64,000 nucleotides of DNA from Anaeramoeba ignava BMAN (Eukaryota > Protista > Anaeramoebae): assembly GCA_028826165.1 (NCBI GenBank), contig JAPDFW010000114.1:496001-560000 (forward strand), given 5' to 3'. Shown here in pieces: positions 49,201 to 61,457 of this stretch (positions within the stretch are counted from its first letter, which is position 1; each line of letters opens with the position of its first letter). A program made the translations under genes and the position numbers. The notes beneath the pieces are model-generated. The model worked only from the letters and a program-made list of their open reading frames with translations. It was not told the DNA's origin and did not search any database.

Positions 49201-52200
49201 TGATTTTTGTTGTTGTTTTTGTTTTGATTTTTGTTTTTATTGTTTTGGTTTTTGTTGTTTTGATTTTTGTTAATAGGCTTGAAAAATATATCTTCAGGAA
49301 ATTCAAAATTATTATTGTTTTGATTTTTCTTTTTGTTTTGATTTTTGGTTTTATTGTTTTGATTTTTGTTGTTTTGATTGTTTTTGTTGTTTTGATTTTT
49401 GTTTTGATTTTTGTTTTTTTGATTCTTGTTTTTATTGTTTTGATTCTTGTTTTTATTGTTTTGATTCTTGTTTTTATTGTTTTGATTCTTGTTTTTGTTG
49501 TTTTGATTCTTATTCATCTCTTCATCAAGAAATCGAACTCTTGAAGGATTTGCTGAATGAGCACTATTTCTTTTATCTAAATTCTCAATACTCTTTTGTG
49601 TTGGAGTTGATGTTGATAATATTTCAATAGATTCACTTGTTTTTTGATATTGATTTTTTTTGGATTTTAAATCTTGATTGGAATCAGATTGTCTAGATTG
49701 AAATTCTTCATCAGATTCTCCAATTGCTGCTTCAAGACCACCAATCCAAGCATTATGATATCTGACAATGTTTTTATGATGTAATTCCGAAATTGAAGCA
49801 ACTTCACTTAATATTTTGTTTTGAACATTTAAATTACTTGGAAAAGGTATAATTTTAATTGCATATATTTTTTCATCAAGAACATTTTTAGCTCGAACAA
49901 CAGTTCCTGATCCACCTTTGCCAAGAATTTGAATATCAGTAAAATCTGTTTGATAACGTGATTTTTTATATAGAGCTGATTCTTTAATATTATGGAAAAA
50001 TTGGGATAATAACGAACTTAATTAATTTTAAAAAAAGAAAGAAAGAAAGAAAAAAATTTTTTTTTTTTCGAATTAACACGTGTTAGTTCACTTTTTTTTT
50101 TTTGATTGATTTTTTTTTTTAAATTACTTTTCTTGAGGAAAATTTTGAACAAGTTGTTGGAAATGAGATTCAAGTTCTTGATCAGAAATTTCTTTAGAAT
50201 CAGCTAATAAATTTAAATCAATAAGACTTTTTTTAACAAAAGGGAATAAATTTGTGGAAGAATGAATTGCAGAACAAGCAAATTTAAGGAGTTGGTTCAA
50301 TAAAGCTTGTTGTTTTTCATGAATTGGGAATTTTCTTGGGGTTTGTTCTTGAGGACTAAGAGAGAGAAGAAGAGGTTTATCTGGAACTGAAAGATTGGAG
50401 TTTGAATAAGAACGAGAAGAAGTGTTTTGGGAAGTGCTTTCATCAGAATCAAATGGAAGACCCAAAATTGAGTTTGGAGTGAGTGAAGGTTTTCTGTTTA
50501 ATTTTTTTGGAGGTGATTTTTTTGGTTTTGTTTGTGAGTTTATTTTCTGATATGCAGTTTCACGGAATTTATCTCTAAATGAACGTAAATTATCTTCAGG
50601 TAAATTTTTGGATAAGTTATTGTTTTGAGTTGGTTCGATTTGGGATTGATTGTTTGGTTTTTTGTTGTATTGTAAAAAGGAATTTTCGAAAATATCGTTT
50701 TGAGTTGTTATTACTAGTTCATCTGTTGAAGATATTGGTGAAGATGTTATGCTTATATCTTGTGAGCAAAGATCACTAAGGTATTCTTTAATGTATTGAA
50801 GGTTCCAGAAGATATCTCCATCTGGGATATTATTTTTCTAATTTTAATTTTGAATTTATAAATAAATTTTGAAATGAATTTTATAAATGAATTTAAATTT
50901 TATAAATGAATTTAAATTTTGAAATGAATTTTAATTTTGAAATGAATTTTAATTTTGAAATGAATTATAATTTTGAAATGAATTTTAATTTTGAAATGAA
51001 TTTTAATTTTAAAATTAATTTAAATTTTGAAATGAATTTAAATTTTAAAATGAATTTTAATTTTGAAATGAATTTAAATTTTAAAATGAATTTAAATTTT
51101 GAAATGAATTTAAATTTTGAAATGAATTTAAATTTTAAAATGAATTTTAATTTTAAAATGAATTTAAATTTTGAAATGAATTTTAATTTTGAAATGAATT
51201 TTAATTTTGAAATGAATTTTAATTTTGAAATGAATTATAATTTTGAAATGAATTTTAATTTTGAAATGAATTTTAATTTTAAAATTAATTTAAATTTTGA
51301 AATGAATTTAAATTTTAAAATAAATTATAATTTTGAAATGAATTATAATTTTGAAATGAATTTTAATTTTAAAATGAATTTAAATTTTGATATGAATTTA
51401 AATTTTGAAATTAATTTAAATTTTGAAATGGATTTAAATTTTGAAATAAATTTTAATTTTGAAATGGATTTAAATTTTGAAATGAATTTTAATTTTAAAA
51501 TGAATTATAATTTTAAAATAAATTTAAATTTTAAAATGGATTATAAATTTAAAATGGATTATAAATTTTGAAATTAATTTTAATTTTATAAATGAATTTT
51601 AATTTTGAAATGAATTTAAATTTTGAAATGAATTTAAATTTTATAAATGAATTTAAATTTTGAAATAAATTATAATTTTGAAATGAATTTAAATTTTAAA
51701 ATAAATTTAAATTTTAAAATTAATTTTAATTTTGAAATGAATTTTAATTTTAAAATAAATTTAAATTTTGAAATGAATTTAAATTTTAAAATAAATTTTA
51801 ATTTTAAAATGAATTTAAATTTTGAAATGAATTTTGATTTTAAAATAAATTTATAAATTTGAAATGAATTTAAATTTTGAAATGAATTTTATAAATGAAT
51901 TTGATTTTATAAATAAATTTAAATTTTATAAATTAAATTCATTTTTGTACAGATTGAATAATTTGTCTTAAATGCTTTATCTCCGATTGACTTAAACCTT
52001 GTGTTTTTCCCAAAGAAAAAATTGAAATTCCAAGTTTCCAACTTTAAAATTAATTATATTTTTTTTTTTACATTTCAGAAATTTAAACTAAATAAATTTA
52101 TTTAATTTTAAATTAATACTCAATATCAATCATAACGGAAACTAATCTATCAGTTTTTGATGGTTTTAAAATAACAGAAAAAACTCGATTTTGTTGATCA

Positions 52201-52271
52201 TTTGTATTATGTCTTTCAATTAAATCTTCATCATAAATTGTTTTTAAAATATCAATAATATGAATTTCCAT
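46242..52271 (-). CDS. GCN2: GCN2-type eIF2-alpha kinase, ~1575 aa; exons 52271-52120, 52041-51951, 50837-50128, 50016-46242
   Basis: RWD-like N-terminus (IDILKTIYDEDL). Kinase motifs SRYQTDF..ILGKGGSGTV..YAIK, HKNIVRYHNAWI, a large insert, YLFIQMEYC, HRDLKPDNIF, DFGLA and GTYLYIPPE. HisRS-like motif VIASGGRYDSLL and an anticodon-binding-like C-terminus. Junctions are in frame (4728 nt). Confidence 0.9.
50850..51935. repeat. 18-bp (TTTTGAAATGAATTTAAA)n satellite filling GCN2 intron 2 (intron 50838-51950)
   Basis: Visible directly; it generates the spurious MNFNFE-repeat ORFs. Confidence 0.92.
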
Positions 52272-52520
52272 AACAAAAAAGAAAATTTCAAAAAGAGAAA
52301 AAAGAAAATTTCAAAAAGGGAAAAAAGAAAATTTGGATTTGAAAAAAAAAAAAAAAACAAACCCAAAAAAAAAATGAAAAATTAAAAAATTAAAAAATAA
52401 ATTTTTTTTAAATAGTTTTTTGCTTTTTATGTTTAATTGACGTTTTGAAAAAAAGAAAAACAAAAAGAAAAAGAAAAAAGAAAAAAGAAAGAAAGTGTGG
52501 ATTTCAAAATAAAGTGAAAA

Positions 52521-55500
52521 TTACACAACAAAAGAAAATAATTCTGAAATCAATTTAGAAATCTGAACACGATTAGAATTTTGAGAAGAAGAATTAATAA
52601 AAAAATGAATATTTGCCAATCCAAGTTTTAAAAGAGGATCAGGATCAGAAGGAGAATTTTGAGAAAGGAAATGATTTGCAATTTTAAGAGCAGATTTTTG
52701 GACATAATCATTTTGAGTGTGAGAAAGAATATGGAAAAGTTTTGGGGAAAGAAAACGATAAACAGAAGAAAGATTTTGAGGATCAAAAGAGATTGAACGG
52801 ATCAAACTGTCAAGAAGAAAGAGTTGTTCCTTGTCGTAGTCAGTTTGCACAAGAATAGAGGCGAGAAGATCGACGAGACAAACGGCGGACTTGTGATTGT
52901 GCTTCATAACTGGGTTAAAAAGAAGCTCCTCAAGTTCGCCTTCCCAGTCAAAATAATTTGCAAGATTTGTTCTGAGTTGGGAAATTTCTTTTGTGGAAAG
53001 ACAACTGGCTAGACCTGTAATATATGCCGCGCGGGAAGATGTGAGACTCGTTTTACAGGAGATGTCAACAAGTGTGCGAAGGATGGAAGTTGCTGTATTT
53101 TTGAAGGTTGAACCTTTGCGACCCGGAATAAGGATTGCTGTCAGTGCAAATGGAAATCTATCGGGAAAGGAAATTTTTGTTATTTGCTCGAGTGAGAGGA
53201 GAAGTTTGTCCATACGAGGTGTGGAGGATCGCGAGGTGAGAAATATTTCCTCGATGGATTGATTGGCGAATTTGGAGAGTTTGTCAAGATTTTGGAAAAT
53301 TGTTGCGAGAAAATCAAGAAGATAAGGAAAAAGTCTAGTGTCACCGAGTTGAAACAGACTGGTTACAAGCCAGAATGCGTTGAGTTTGAAGGGAACTTTT
53401 GGATCGAGAAGAGGATAAAGTCTAGTCAAGCACATGATCATTGAGACGAGTCTTTGGAGATCGAGGGAGTTGTCTTCAAGTGAGTCAAGAGTAATTAGGG
53501 GAGACATAAAAGCCAAAATTTTTGAAATAACGGAAATGGAAACGGTTGGTTCGGAGAGAGTACCGAGAACAACCATGGCTTGGGGTTGGAGGATAGATTG
53601 TGAGAATGCAGATTGTATTGTCAATTCGAGCCATTTGCGGTGCCAAGAATATCCTATTTGGGAATCCTTATAACAATCAATAACGTCACGAAGAATTTGC
53701 GCGACAGAAGCAATACTTCTTATTGGGATTGTTTCGAGAGGTTGAAGAGGTTTTGTGTTTGAATCGTCGAAAGTTGGGATGATAATATGTGTTGTGTTTG
53801 TGTCAGTTGCGCCAATGCTGATTTGATTGAATCCAAGAGCGCCAATATTTGATTTTGTTCTTCCTTCGCCCATAAAAAGAACACGGAAACGTGGCTGAGA
53901 AACTTCTGAAAGAAGATTGCGTAGAGATGCCATTTGTGAGGGATCTTTGGGTGGGATTTTTGTTGTGAGTGAATGGAGGATATTGATGACAAGAGTGAGT
54001 AAAGCGACTCTCATAAAAAGAGAATCAACAGTATGTGACATCATAACAAGATGAAGAAGTTCAGGAAGAGTGTGAGTAAGAGAAACAACGTTCTCAAAAC
54101 TGAGATAAAGAAGAAATCTGACAAGAATCAAAATGTTGGGCCAATGTGGCGATTCTTCAATAGAATGTGTAGTTGTGTTTTGTGCGCTTCGAAGTAATTC
54201 CGCAGTCACAAGACGAGTGATTTTAAGTGAGACATAAACAGGATCCGAAGCAGCAAGAGTCACGACTATCTGTGCAAACACTTCTGAGCTAAGCGAGTCA
54301 ACACCGGACTCTAAAGACTCTAAAATACAGAGATCCAAAACAAGATCCACAAGCGGTTGAACAGCGGATATTTTTCGCCAGATATGAACCAGTATTGGCG
54401 TGTAGAGATTCTTCTCGCGAATTGTCAAAGAAAGAAAATCAAGAAGGATTTTTCGCGCAAGTTCGTGCTCAGATGATTCTTGATTCTCGTTGTTGTTCTT
54501 CGGATAATCCGCGAGATTGCGCAGCCAAGGAGAGATGTATTCAAGTGATAAATGCTTCCCATGCATTGGCGCCTTGGTGAAATTTTTCAGTGTTTCATGA
54601 AGAAATTGAAGTGTTAATTGTTTTTCATTTATTGATAAACTGGTGCTCAAACTGACAACAAATGAAGTGTGAGATTGAGGAATGCACAATCCTTCCGCCT
54701 CAAGTAATTGAGCTTGTGCGGAATAATTGAAACTACGGCACAACGCTGCAAGTAGTGTGTATGCAGATTTCCGCAGCATTTCGTGCTCACTTCCTAAATT
54801 TAATAACGCAATATTCAAAAGCGCACCAGGAACATCTGATGGTCGAACTTCACCGTGTTCCTGTTGCGTCATATGCACTTTTTGATCAAGTGCAAATGCA
54901 CTCTTCGCGTTTTGAACCGCTTGCACGATTTCTTGTGCAAATTGACTTGAAAATAGAAGCATTTTTGCTTGTCCATAAAGATTCATTTTCAGTAAAAATT
55001 GTCCTGCAATTTCCGTTGATAACCGAATATCCTCAATATCAGTAATACTTACAAGATCTGTCAAACTTGCAGATATTCCGAAAATATTCTCCTTGGATTG
55101 AACAATGCCAAGAGTTGCATTTGAGACTGCGAACATGATATCGCGCTGACGGAACTGAGAAACAAGTGCGATTTGTCCAAATCGAGTTTTAACAAGGGTT
55201 TCAGTTTGGATCACGCATTGTTCAAGTGCAAGTTCATCTGGGGAGATGAACTCGTGTAATTGTGTTGGAGAATCGATAATCTTTGTATTTTGTGGGGAAA
55301 TATTAACAGGAATTAATTTTCCGTTTTTGACAGATTTTTTAAAGTAAATTGAGGGAAGAACAAAATATGTTGTAGAAAAATTCGCAACCCAAGAGGGAGG
55401 AAGCATTGAGAAGAATTGTGATAAGCGAGTTTTGGGTATTTCATTTGCAATAGAGAACCATGCGCAATCAACAATAAGAACACTTGGAACAGCTCCTCCT

Positions 55501-58500
55501 CCTCGGGAGAAAACGTTTTCAATTGTGCTGAAGATATGGTACATCAGTACCGATGCGTCCTGTGCTGCTTGCAATTTGCGAAGAATTAAGTAAAACACTG
55601 TCTCGCCCTTCTTGGTCTTTCCTTGTTGGAAGAAGATGTTCTGTGTGTCTCGAAGGGCAGCAGCATCTGTGGCTCCTGAACGACGAACACGATCAAGAAA
55701 TTCCCGCAATTTCCGACTTTTCTGTGTTGTTTCAAGAGCACTTTGTGTAGGTGCGCTTTCTGTTGGTTCTCGTGCGCCTTTGTCTTTCTTTGATTTTCTT
55801 TCGGAAGGTTTTCCGAGTTGTGTAAGTAAAGACATGAACAGTTCTCCTATTTTGATTGAGTCTTGATCTTTGAGTCTTTTGAAGTAGAGAGCGAGTTTTT
55901 CTGCGTTTTTATTAAGATGGAGATGGAGATCAGTGATATCATCATTAATTTGAGTATCACTGATGTGAATGATATTTTGGATATTATTTTTTTCGATATT
56001 TTGATTTTGATTTTGATTTTTTTGAATATTTGAATTTTGATTTGAATTTTGATTTGAATTTTGATTTGATCTATAACCACGTCCACGAGAAATAAGATTC
56101 TTCCCGCTACGACTACGGTTCAATTCATTGCTAGGTCCTTCTCCAGGAGCAAGCAAATTGATAAAATCCTTGAAAGGTTTCTGTTTTTCTTCAATAAAAA
56201 AATTCAATGGCTCCATAAAAGCTTCTTTTTTTGTAAACAATGATCCATTTGCAATATTTTGAAGTGTTTTTGTAATCAAAATCAAAGCACGACGAACTTC
56301 AGGAGGAACACGATCGTCAAGAACACCGTAATTTTCAGGGGAAACAACAGCAGGACAGACAAAACGGAGGAAGAAGAAACCCGAGACAGAAACAGTACCG
56401 TGATCAGGGAATCTGAGCTCGACAGTGCTTCTCATGCATTGGGCAATATGGATGATTTGGGAAGGAACTGCAGAGAGTGATTCTGTGATACGAACGAAAA
56501 ATGTTTCCACAAAATGAAGAAGATTTTTGAGATTTGCTTGAGAAACCTCATCGCTGTTTGTAAATGCAGGATTGATTTCCGCAGATCTTCCGTTGGTAAT
56601 CACATCGTTCCATAACGTTTTGACAGGATCCTCAAGAAGCCATTGTAGATATGCTGATCCAAATAATTGAGCGTAAAATGCAATTATTTTGGATCCTAAT
56701 GAGTTGCGACGGAAAAGCATCTGCGGTTGATTGTCAGAAATACTATCCACCTCGTCGCGAATGGACCACTCAACAAGACTCATCCCAGATCCGTTATGCT
56801 CTGCTAATCGTACAAGTATTCTTCCAATAAAATCAGTGTCGGTGACCTGTGTAACTGAGGATATCCCGCCAATTACCACAAGATCATCCGCAAGAACAAG
56901 TTGCACAAGACTCGCAGTTTTGCTCTGCAGAGTATCTTTTAGACTCTCGAATTCTGTGCCTTGTTTGAGAATATTTGTGAGAACATCGAGAAATGCTGAG
57001 CGGGTTTCAATATCATCGACATATCCCATTGTAAGAGCGTGTTTCAATCCCACACTCACATTCGCTCTAACCATATTGGACAACACAATTATTGTCGAAT
57101 GCGCCAATTTGGACGCATCTTCATTCGCTTCCTTTGTTTTCTGGAGTCGCACAAGTTGATCTGCGAAGAACGCGAAATATTTTCCAAATAATATTGCTCT
57201 TTCCTCAACAAGTTGTTCTCCGGTTGGTTGCTGTTGGGAGTCTACTTTGCGGGGTTTCTGCAAGACAAGTCCGTCGAAGAGCTTCTCCTCGGCACGCATC
57301 ACTGCGAGATCAAGCTCTTTTCTCATGCGCTCAACATTAGTATGCTGTTGTGGATCACTTTGTTCTTTTCCATCCTTCCTTTCCCCGCTAATTGTGGTTG
57401 TGTTCTCGGCTATATTCAGGGAAGTCTCGCCCTGATAAACAGAGAGCCACTCCATCAATCTTTCCACAATTGTGTTTCGAAACTCATTTTCATGTCGGAA
57501 AAGAATGTATTCTCTTTTGCTCATAAGTGCCTCAACCAACTGGCATAATTTGCATTTTATTCGCAATGAATCCGCATCAACAACAACGTGCGTTAGATAT
57601 CGCATAATAGAGACCACAAGCACCTCAAGATCAAGTGCGGCGAGATCCTCAGAGTCAAGCGGTTGCTCAAGAATGTTCCGCAAAACAGACATTAATTGGT
57701 CATAAAATAATGTCATAACTTCACTTGTTGTTACTGTTTGTGAGTCTTTTGAAACATGATCCCCCATTTTCTGTTGAATTTTGTCAAAAAATTGCGGATA
57801 AACTGCTGAAGAAAGTGAAGAAACAACAGGAACAATGCTTTCCCGAATGTAATCCACAGGAGATACAAGAAGTTTTAATAATTTCGCAATGAAAAAATCG
57901 ATTTCAAGCATTTTCTTTTGCGGCACATTTTGACCCACAACAGTAATCCCTTGGGAAATTCCTGTTTCTGTGCTTTGATTTGCGACCGAGGCAAGACTGC
58001 AAAGAAAACCTGTGTAATTCTGCCATTCAAGTTTCATTCGATTAAGATCAGCATCGCTGAGCTCTCGTGAAAGACTAGGGGAGCTTTTGGTTTTTGTTTT
58101 GTTTTTCCCACTTGTTTTCTTCGTGGTTGTTTCAGTTTCCTCGCTTTTTGCGGCTTGAAAACTGAGTGTGATTTCGCGAGTTGTATTTTCCCATCTTTCG
58201 TATATTTTATTCCAGGCTGGTTTATTTCCCGCGGTTGCCAAAGTGATTCTTCTGAAAACTTCACGGAGTCTTTTTTGCTGTGCAATCCGACCCGTTTGGA
58301 ACTGTCCCGTCTGCGCAATTTGTCTGTAATGAACATACGAGACAGCAATTGTGTTGTTCATGTCGCTCAATCTCCCTGCCAGTTTTGTTTCTTCACAAAG
58401 CGCATCCAGACACTGTGCCGCTTCAGCACAAACCTCAGGATCCGAATTGCAGAGCAGAATCAACAATGCAATCTCAACGCGTGTGTTTGTTGAGTCGTGT

Positions 58501-61180
58501 TGCCTCAAAGTTCCTGTTCGTCGTAGTTCATCCATTGAGCTGTCAACTTCCTGTTTGTTTCCTAATAGAAATTCGTTACGTTTTCGAAGAAGATGGTTCA
58601 CCAGTCCAAGTAACATTTGTGTTTTTTCTTGAGGCATATCTTTTGATTCCACTATCAAATTTGCAACGGAAAAAAGAACCGCTGATGAAACTTCGAAAAA
58701 TTGTCGAATAGGACTTGCTCCTCGACTCCATTGCAAAGTATATTCTGTCTGGAACATCGCGCGCAAAGCCTGATTAGCGCAATGTGTTGTTTCCCCGCTG
58801 AGTGTATCATCCAGACAGCTTGTGATCCCCATAAATAACGCACTCATTTCATCTCGTTCTTCTTTTTGCTTCTCTTTATTTACATCTTCTGCTGAGAAAA
58901 CAAACCCTGGATCCTGCGCAAATAATCTCAGAAGTTCATCCACAATTCGGATTTCTATTGATGCGTTATCGAATTTTTCTTTTTCTCTTTTCTTGATGTT
59001 GGTTAGTTCAGAAAATGTTATGATTTTTCCTGTTCTTCCAAAGCTGATCTGTTCAATTTGCAAGTTTCTTAACGACTTTAATCTTGTTTGGAAAATCTCC
59101 TTTACTTTCCATGATAATCCATATGTTGTTTTTATTGTTGGATTCCATGCAAGTGCTTTTTCTTTTGCGATTGTTAAAAGTGATTTCGCTAGAATTAATT
59201 GGAACATAACTGAAACATCTTCTTTTGTAAATGTTGAAAAAAGATCTCTTGGATTTATTCTGAATGATGATACTGAGAGTTGGACTAACATTTCTGTATT
59301 TGAAGATGTTTTATTTTTATCGAACAATTTTTTCTTTGATTTTTAACAAATAATTTTTAACAAAGAATTTTTAACAAAGAATTTTATAATTTTAATTTAA
59401 ATTTTAATTTTAATTTGAATTTTAATTTTAATTTTAAATTTAATTTTTTATCCGATTTTAATTTTAATTTTAATTTTAATTTTAATTTTAATTTTAATTT
59501 TAATTTTAATTTTAATTTTAATTTTAATTTTAATTTTAATTTTAATTTTAATTTTAATTTTAATTTTAATTTTAATAAATGAATTTTAAATTTAATTTTT
59601 TATCCGATTTTAATTTTAATTTTAATTTTAATTTTAATTTTAATTTTAAATTAAATTTTAATTTTGATTTTTATTTTTATACCATTAAATCTTCTAATAT
59701 TGTTGGAACAATATATCTTAAACCAGACATATCTTCTTTAGATACATAAGTTGAAGCTCTACAAAGATCAACTAAACATAATTCTGCTGCTTCAGCTTGC
59801 TTTCCTTTACCTTTAAATGAACTTTTTAATTCTGCAATAAATTTTCCTTTGTTTGATAATGTATATTGTTTGTTTGCTAATGCAATTTGAAGTAATGTAT
59901 TTGGTGATAATATTAATAACATATTTTGGATTTTCCATAATAAATATCCTTTTTTTTTCATAGATAAACTTGTCTTTTCAATTGAATCAAAAAGTAATTC
60001 TGGAGTTTCATTCATAGATATTTTAGCTTTTGATAATTCAGTAAATTGTGTTGGATAATGATCAATCCATAACCAAATACCTTTTAAATATTATTTATAT
60101 TTATATTTTAAATATTTATATTTATATTTATATTTATATTTATATTTTAAATATTTATATTTATATTTATATTTAAATTTATATTTATATTTATATTTTA
60201 TATTTATATTTATATTTATATTTTAAATATTTATATTTATATTTATATTTTAAATATTTATATTTATATTTATATTTATATTTTAAATATTTATATTTAT
60301 ATTTATATTTATATTTGTATTTTAAATATTTAAATTTATATTTATATTTTAAATATTTATAATTTAAATACCTTCACTTAAAATATCAGATAATTGCTCA
60401 ATAATTGGTTTTTTAAAAAATTGGAAATTTTCAATCAATTCTTTAAATAATTCACTTAATGTTGATGAATTATAATCTAAATATCTCATCAAATTTAATT
60501 CTTTTAACTCTGTTGTATCTTTTCCTTCTTTTATAATCTTCAAAACATTTTTAATTCTTTGATAAACAACCTGAAATTGTAAATGAGAAAGACAAGTAAT
60601 TAATTTTCCAACTGATTCTTCAAATTTAATTAATCCTTGACCATGTTCAATTACAAAAAGAATATGACATAATAAATCAAGTAATTTTGTTGCAGTTTGC
60701 TCATTTAAAAGTTTTTTTTTTGTTTTATATTCAAGAGTAAAAAGTTCATCATGACTCTAAAAGAAAAAAAGCAAAAAAAAATTTTTCAAAAATAAAAAAA
60801 GCAAAATTAAATTTAAATTCAAATTCAAAAAAAAAAATAATTTTTTTTTCAATTAAAACCATTTGAAAAGAATAAGAAAAACATTGAAAAAGACATTCAA
60901 GAACAATTAAAACTGAACGTTCAAAAGAATCAAATCCTTCATTTTCGGGAAGAATTGTTTTCTCAGTAATTTTAGTAAGAAGATCAATTAAAGCGTTAAT
61001 AATTGGATCTAAACTTGTTTTAGAAAGAGAAATTAAAATTTCAATTTCTTTTGGGATATTTATTGAAATATATTCTTGTGGAATGAAAACTAATTGAGTT
61101 TGTTTTTCAATTTTTTGATTTGGTAATTGTCTTGATATTCTTGATGTTATTGTTTTTAATGTTTTTTCTCTTGTATTCAT
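52521..61180 (-). CDS. NF1: Neurofibromin (NF1/Ira-type RasGAP), ~2638 aa; exons 61180-60860, 60756-60372, 60080-59683, 59333-52521
   Basis: Motifs IWLWIDHYP.QF, EWQNYTGFLCSL, NVSVGLKH..MGY..RSAFLDVLTNILKQGTEF, arginine finger LFRRNS, GFFFLRFVCPAVVSP, TKTLQNIAN..KEAFMEPLN, a Sec14-PH region, RPSDVPGALLNIALLNLGS and LEYISPWLRNL. Junctions are in frame (7917 nt). Confidence 0.95.
59388..59672. repeat. (TTTTAA)n in NF1 intron 3
   Basis: Visible directly. Confidence 0.85.
60090..60362. repeat. (TTTATA)n in NF1 intron 2
   Basis: Visible directly. Confidence 0.85.
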
Positions 61181-61399
61181 TTATTTTGTTTTGGAAAATT
61201 GTTTTTATTGTTAAAATTAATTGAAAAAAAAATCACAAAAAAAAATGGAAAAAGCAAAAAAAAAAAATGAAAAAAAAAATTAAAAAAATTTAAATTAAAA
61301 AAAAAAAATGGAGAAAATTAAAAAATAAAAAATAAAAGAATAAAAAGGGGAAAAGGAAAAAAAAAAAGAATTTAAAAAAGGAAATGAATGATGTAATTC

Positions 61400-61436
61400 A
61401 TTTTTTCATTTTTCATTTTTCATTTTTCATTTTTTA
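61400..61436 (+). promoter_or_regulatory. Tandem TTTCATTTT initiator-like elements upstream of the OTU ATG (representative example)
   Basis: Four tandem TTTTCATT copies 20-55 nt before the ATG. The same motif lies on the sense strand upstream of all genes in the window. Confidence 0.6.
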
Positions 61437-61457
61437 CAATTTTTTTCTTAAAATAAA

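Noticed and set aside
52521-59327. GC-richer NF1 exon as a horizontally acquired island
   Set aside because: It encodes a canonical eukaryotic NF1 continuous with AT-rich spliced 5' exons, and other long exons show the same GC rise.
52824-59346. Multiple antisense ORFs of 60-174 aa overlapping NF1, and similar ones over GCN2 and the C2 gene
   Set aside because: They are expected by-products of higher GC content in long exons and contain no recognisable motifs.
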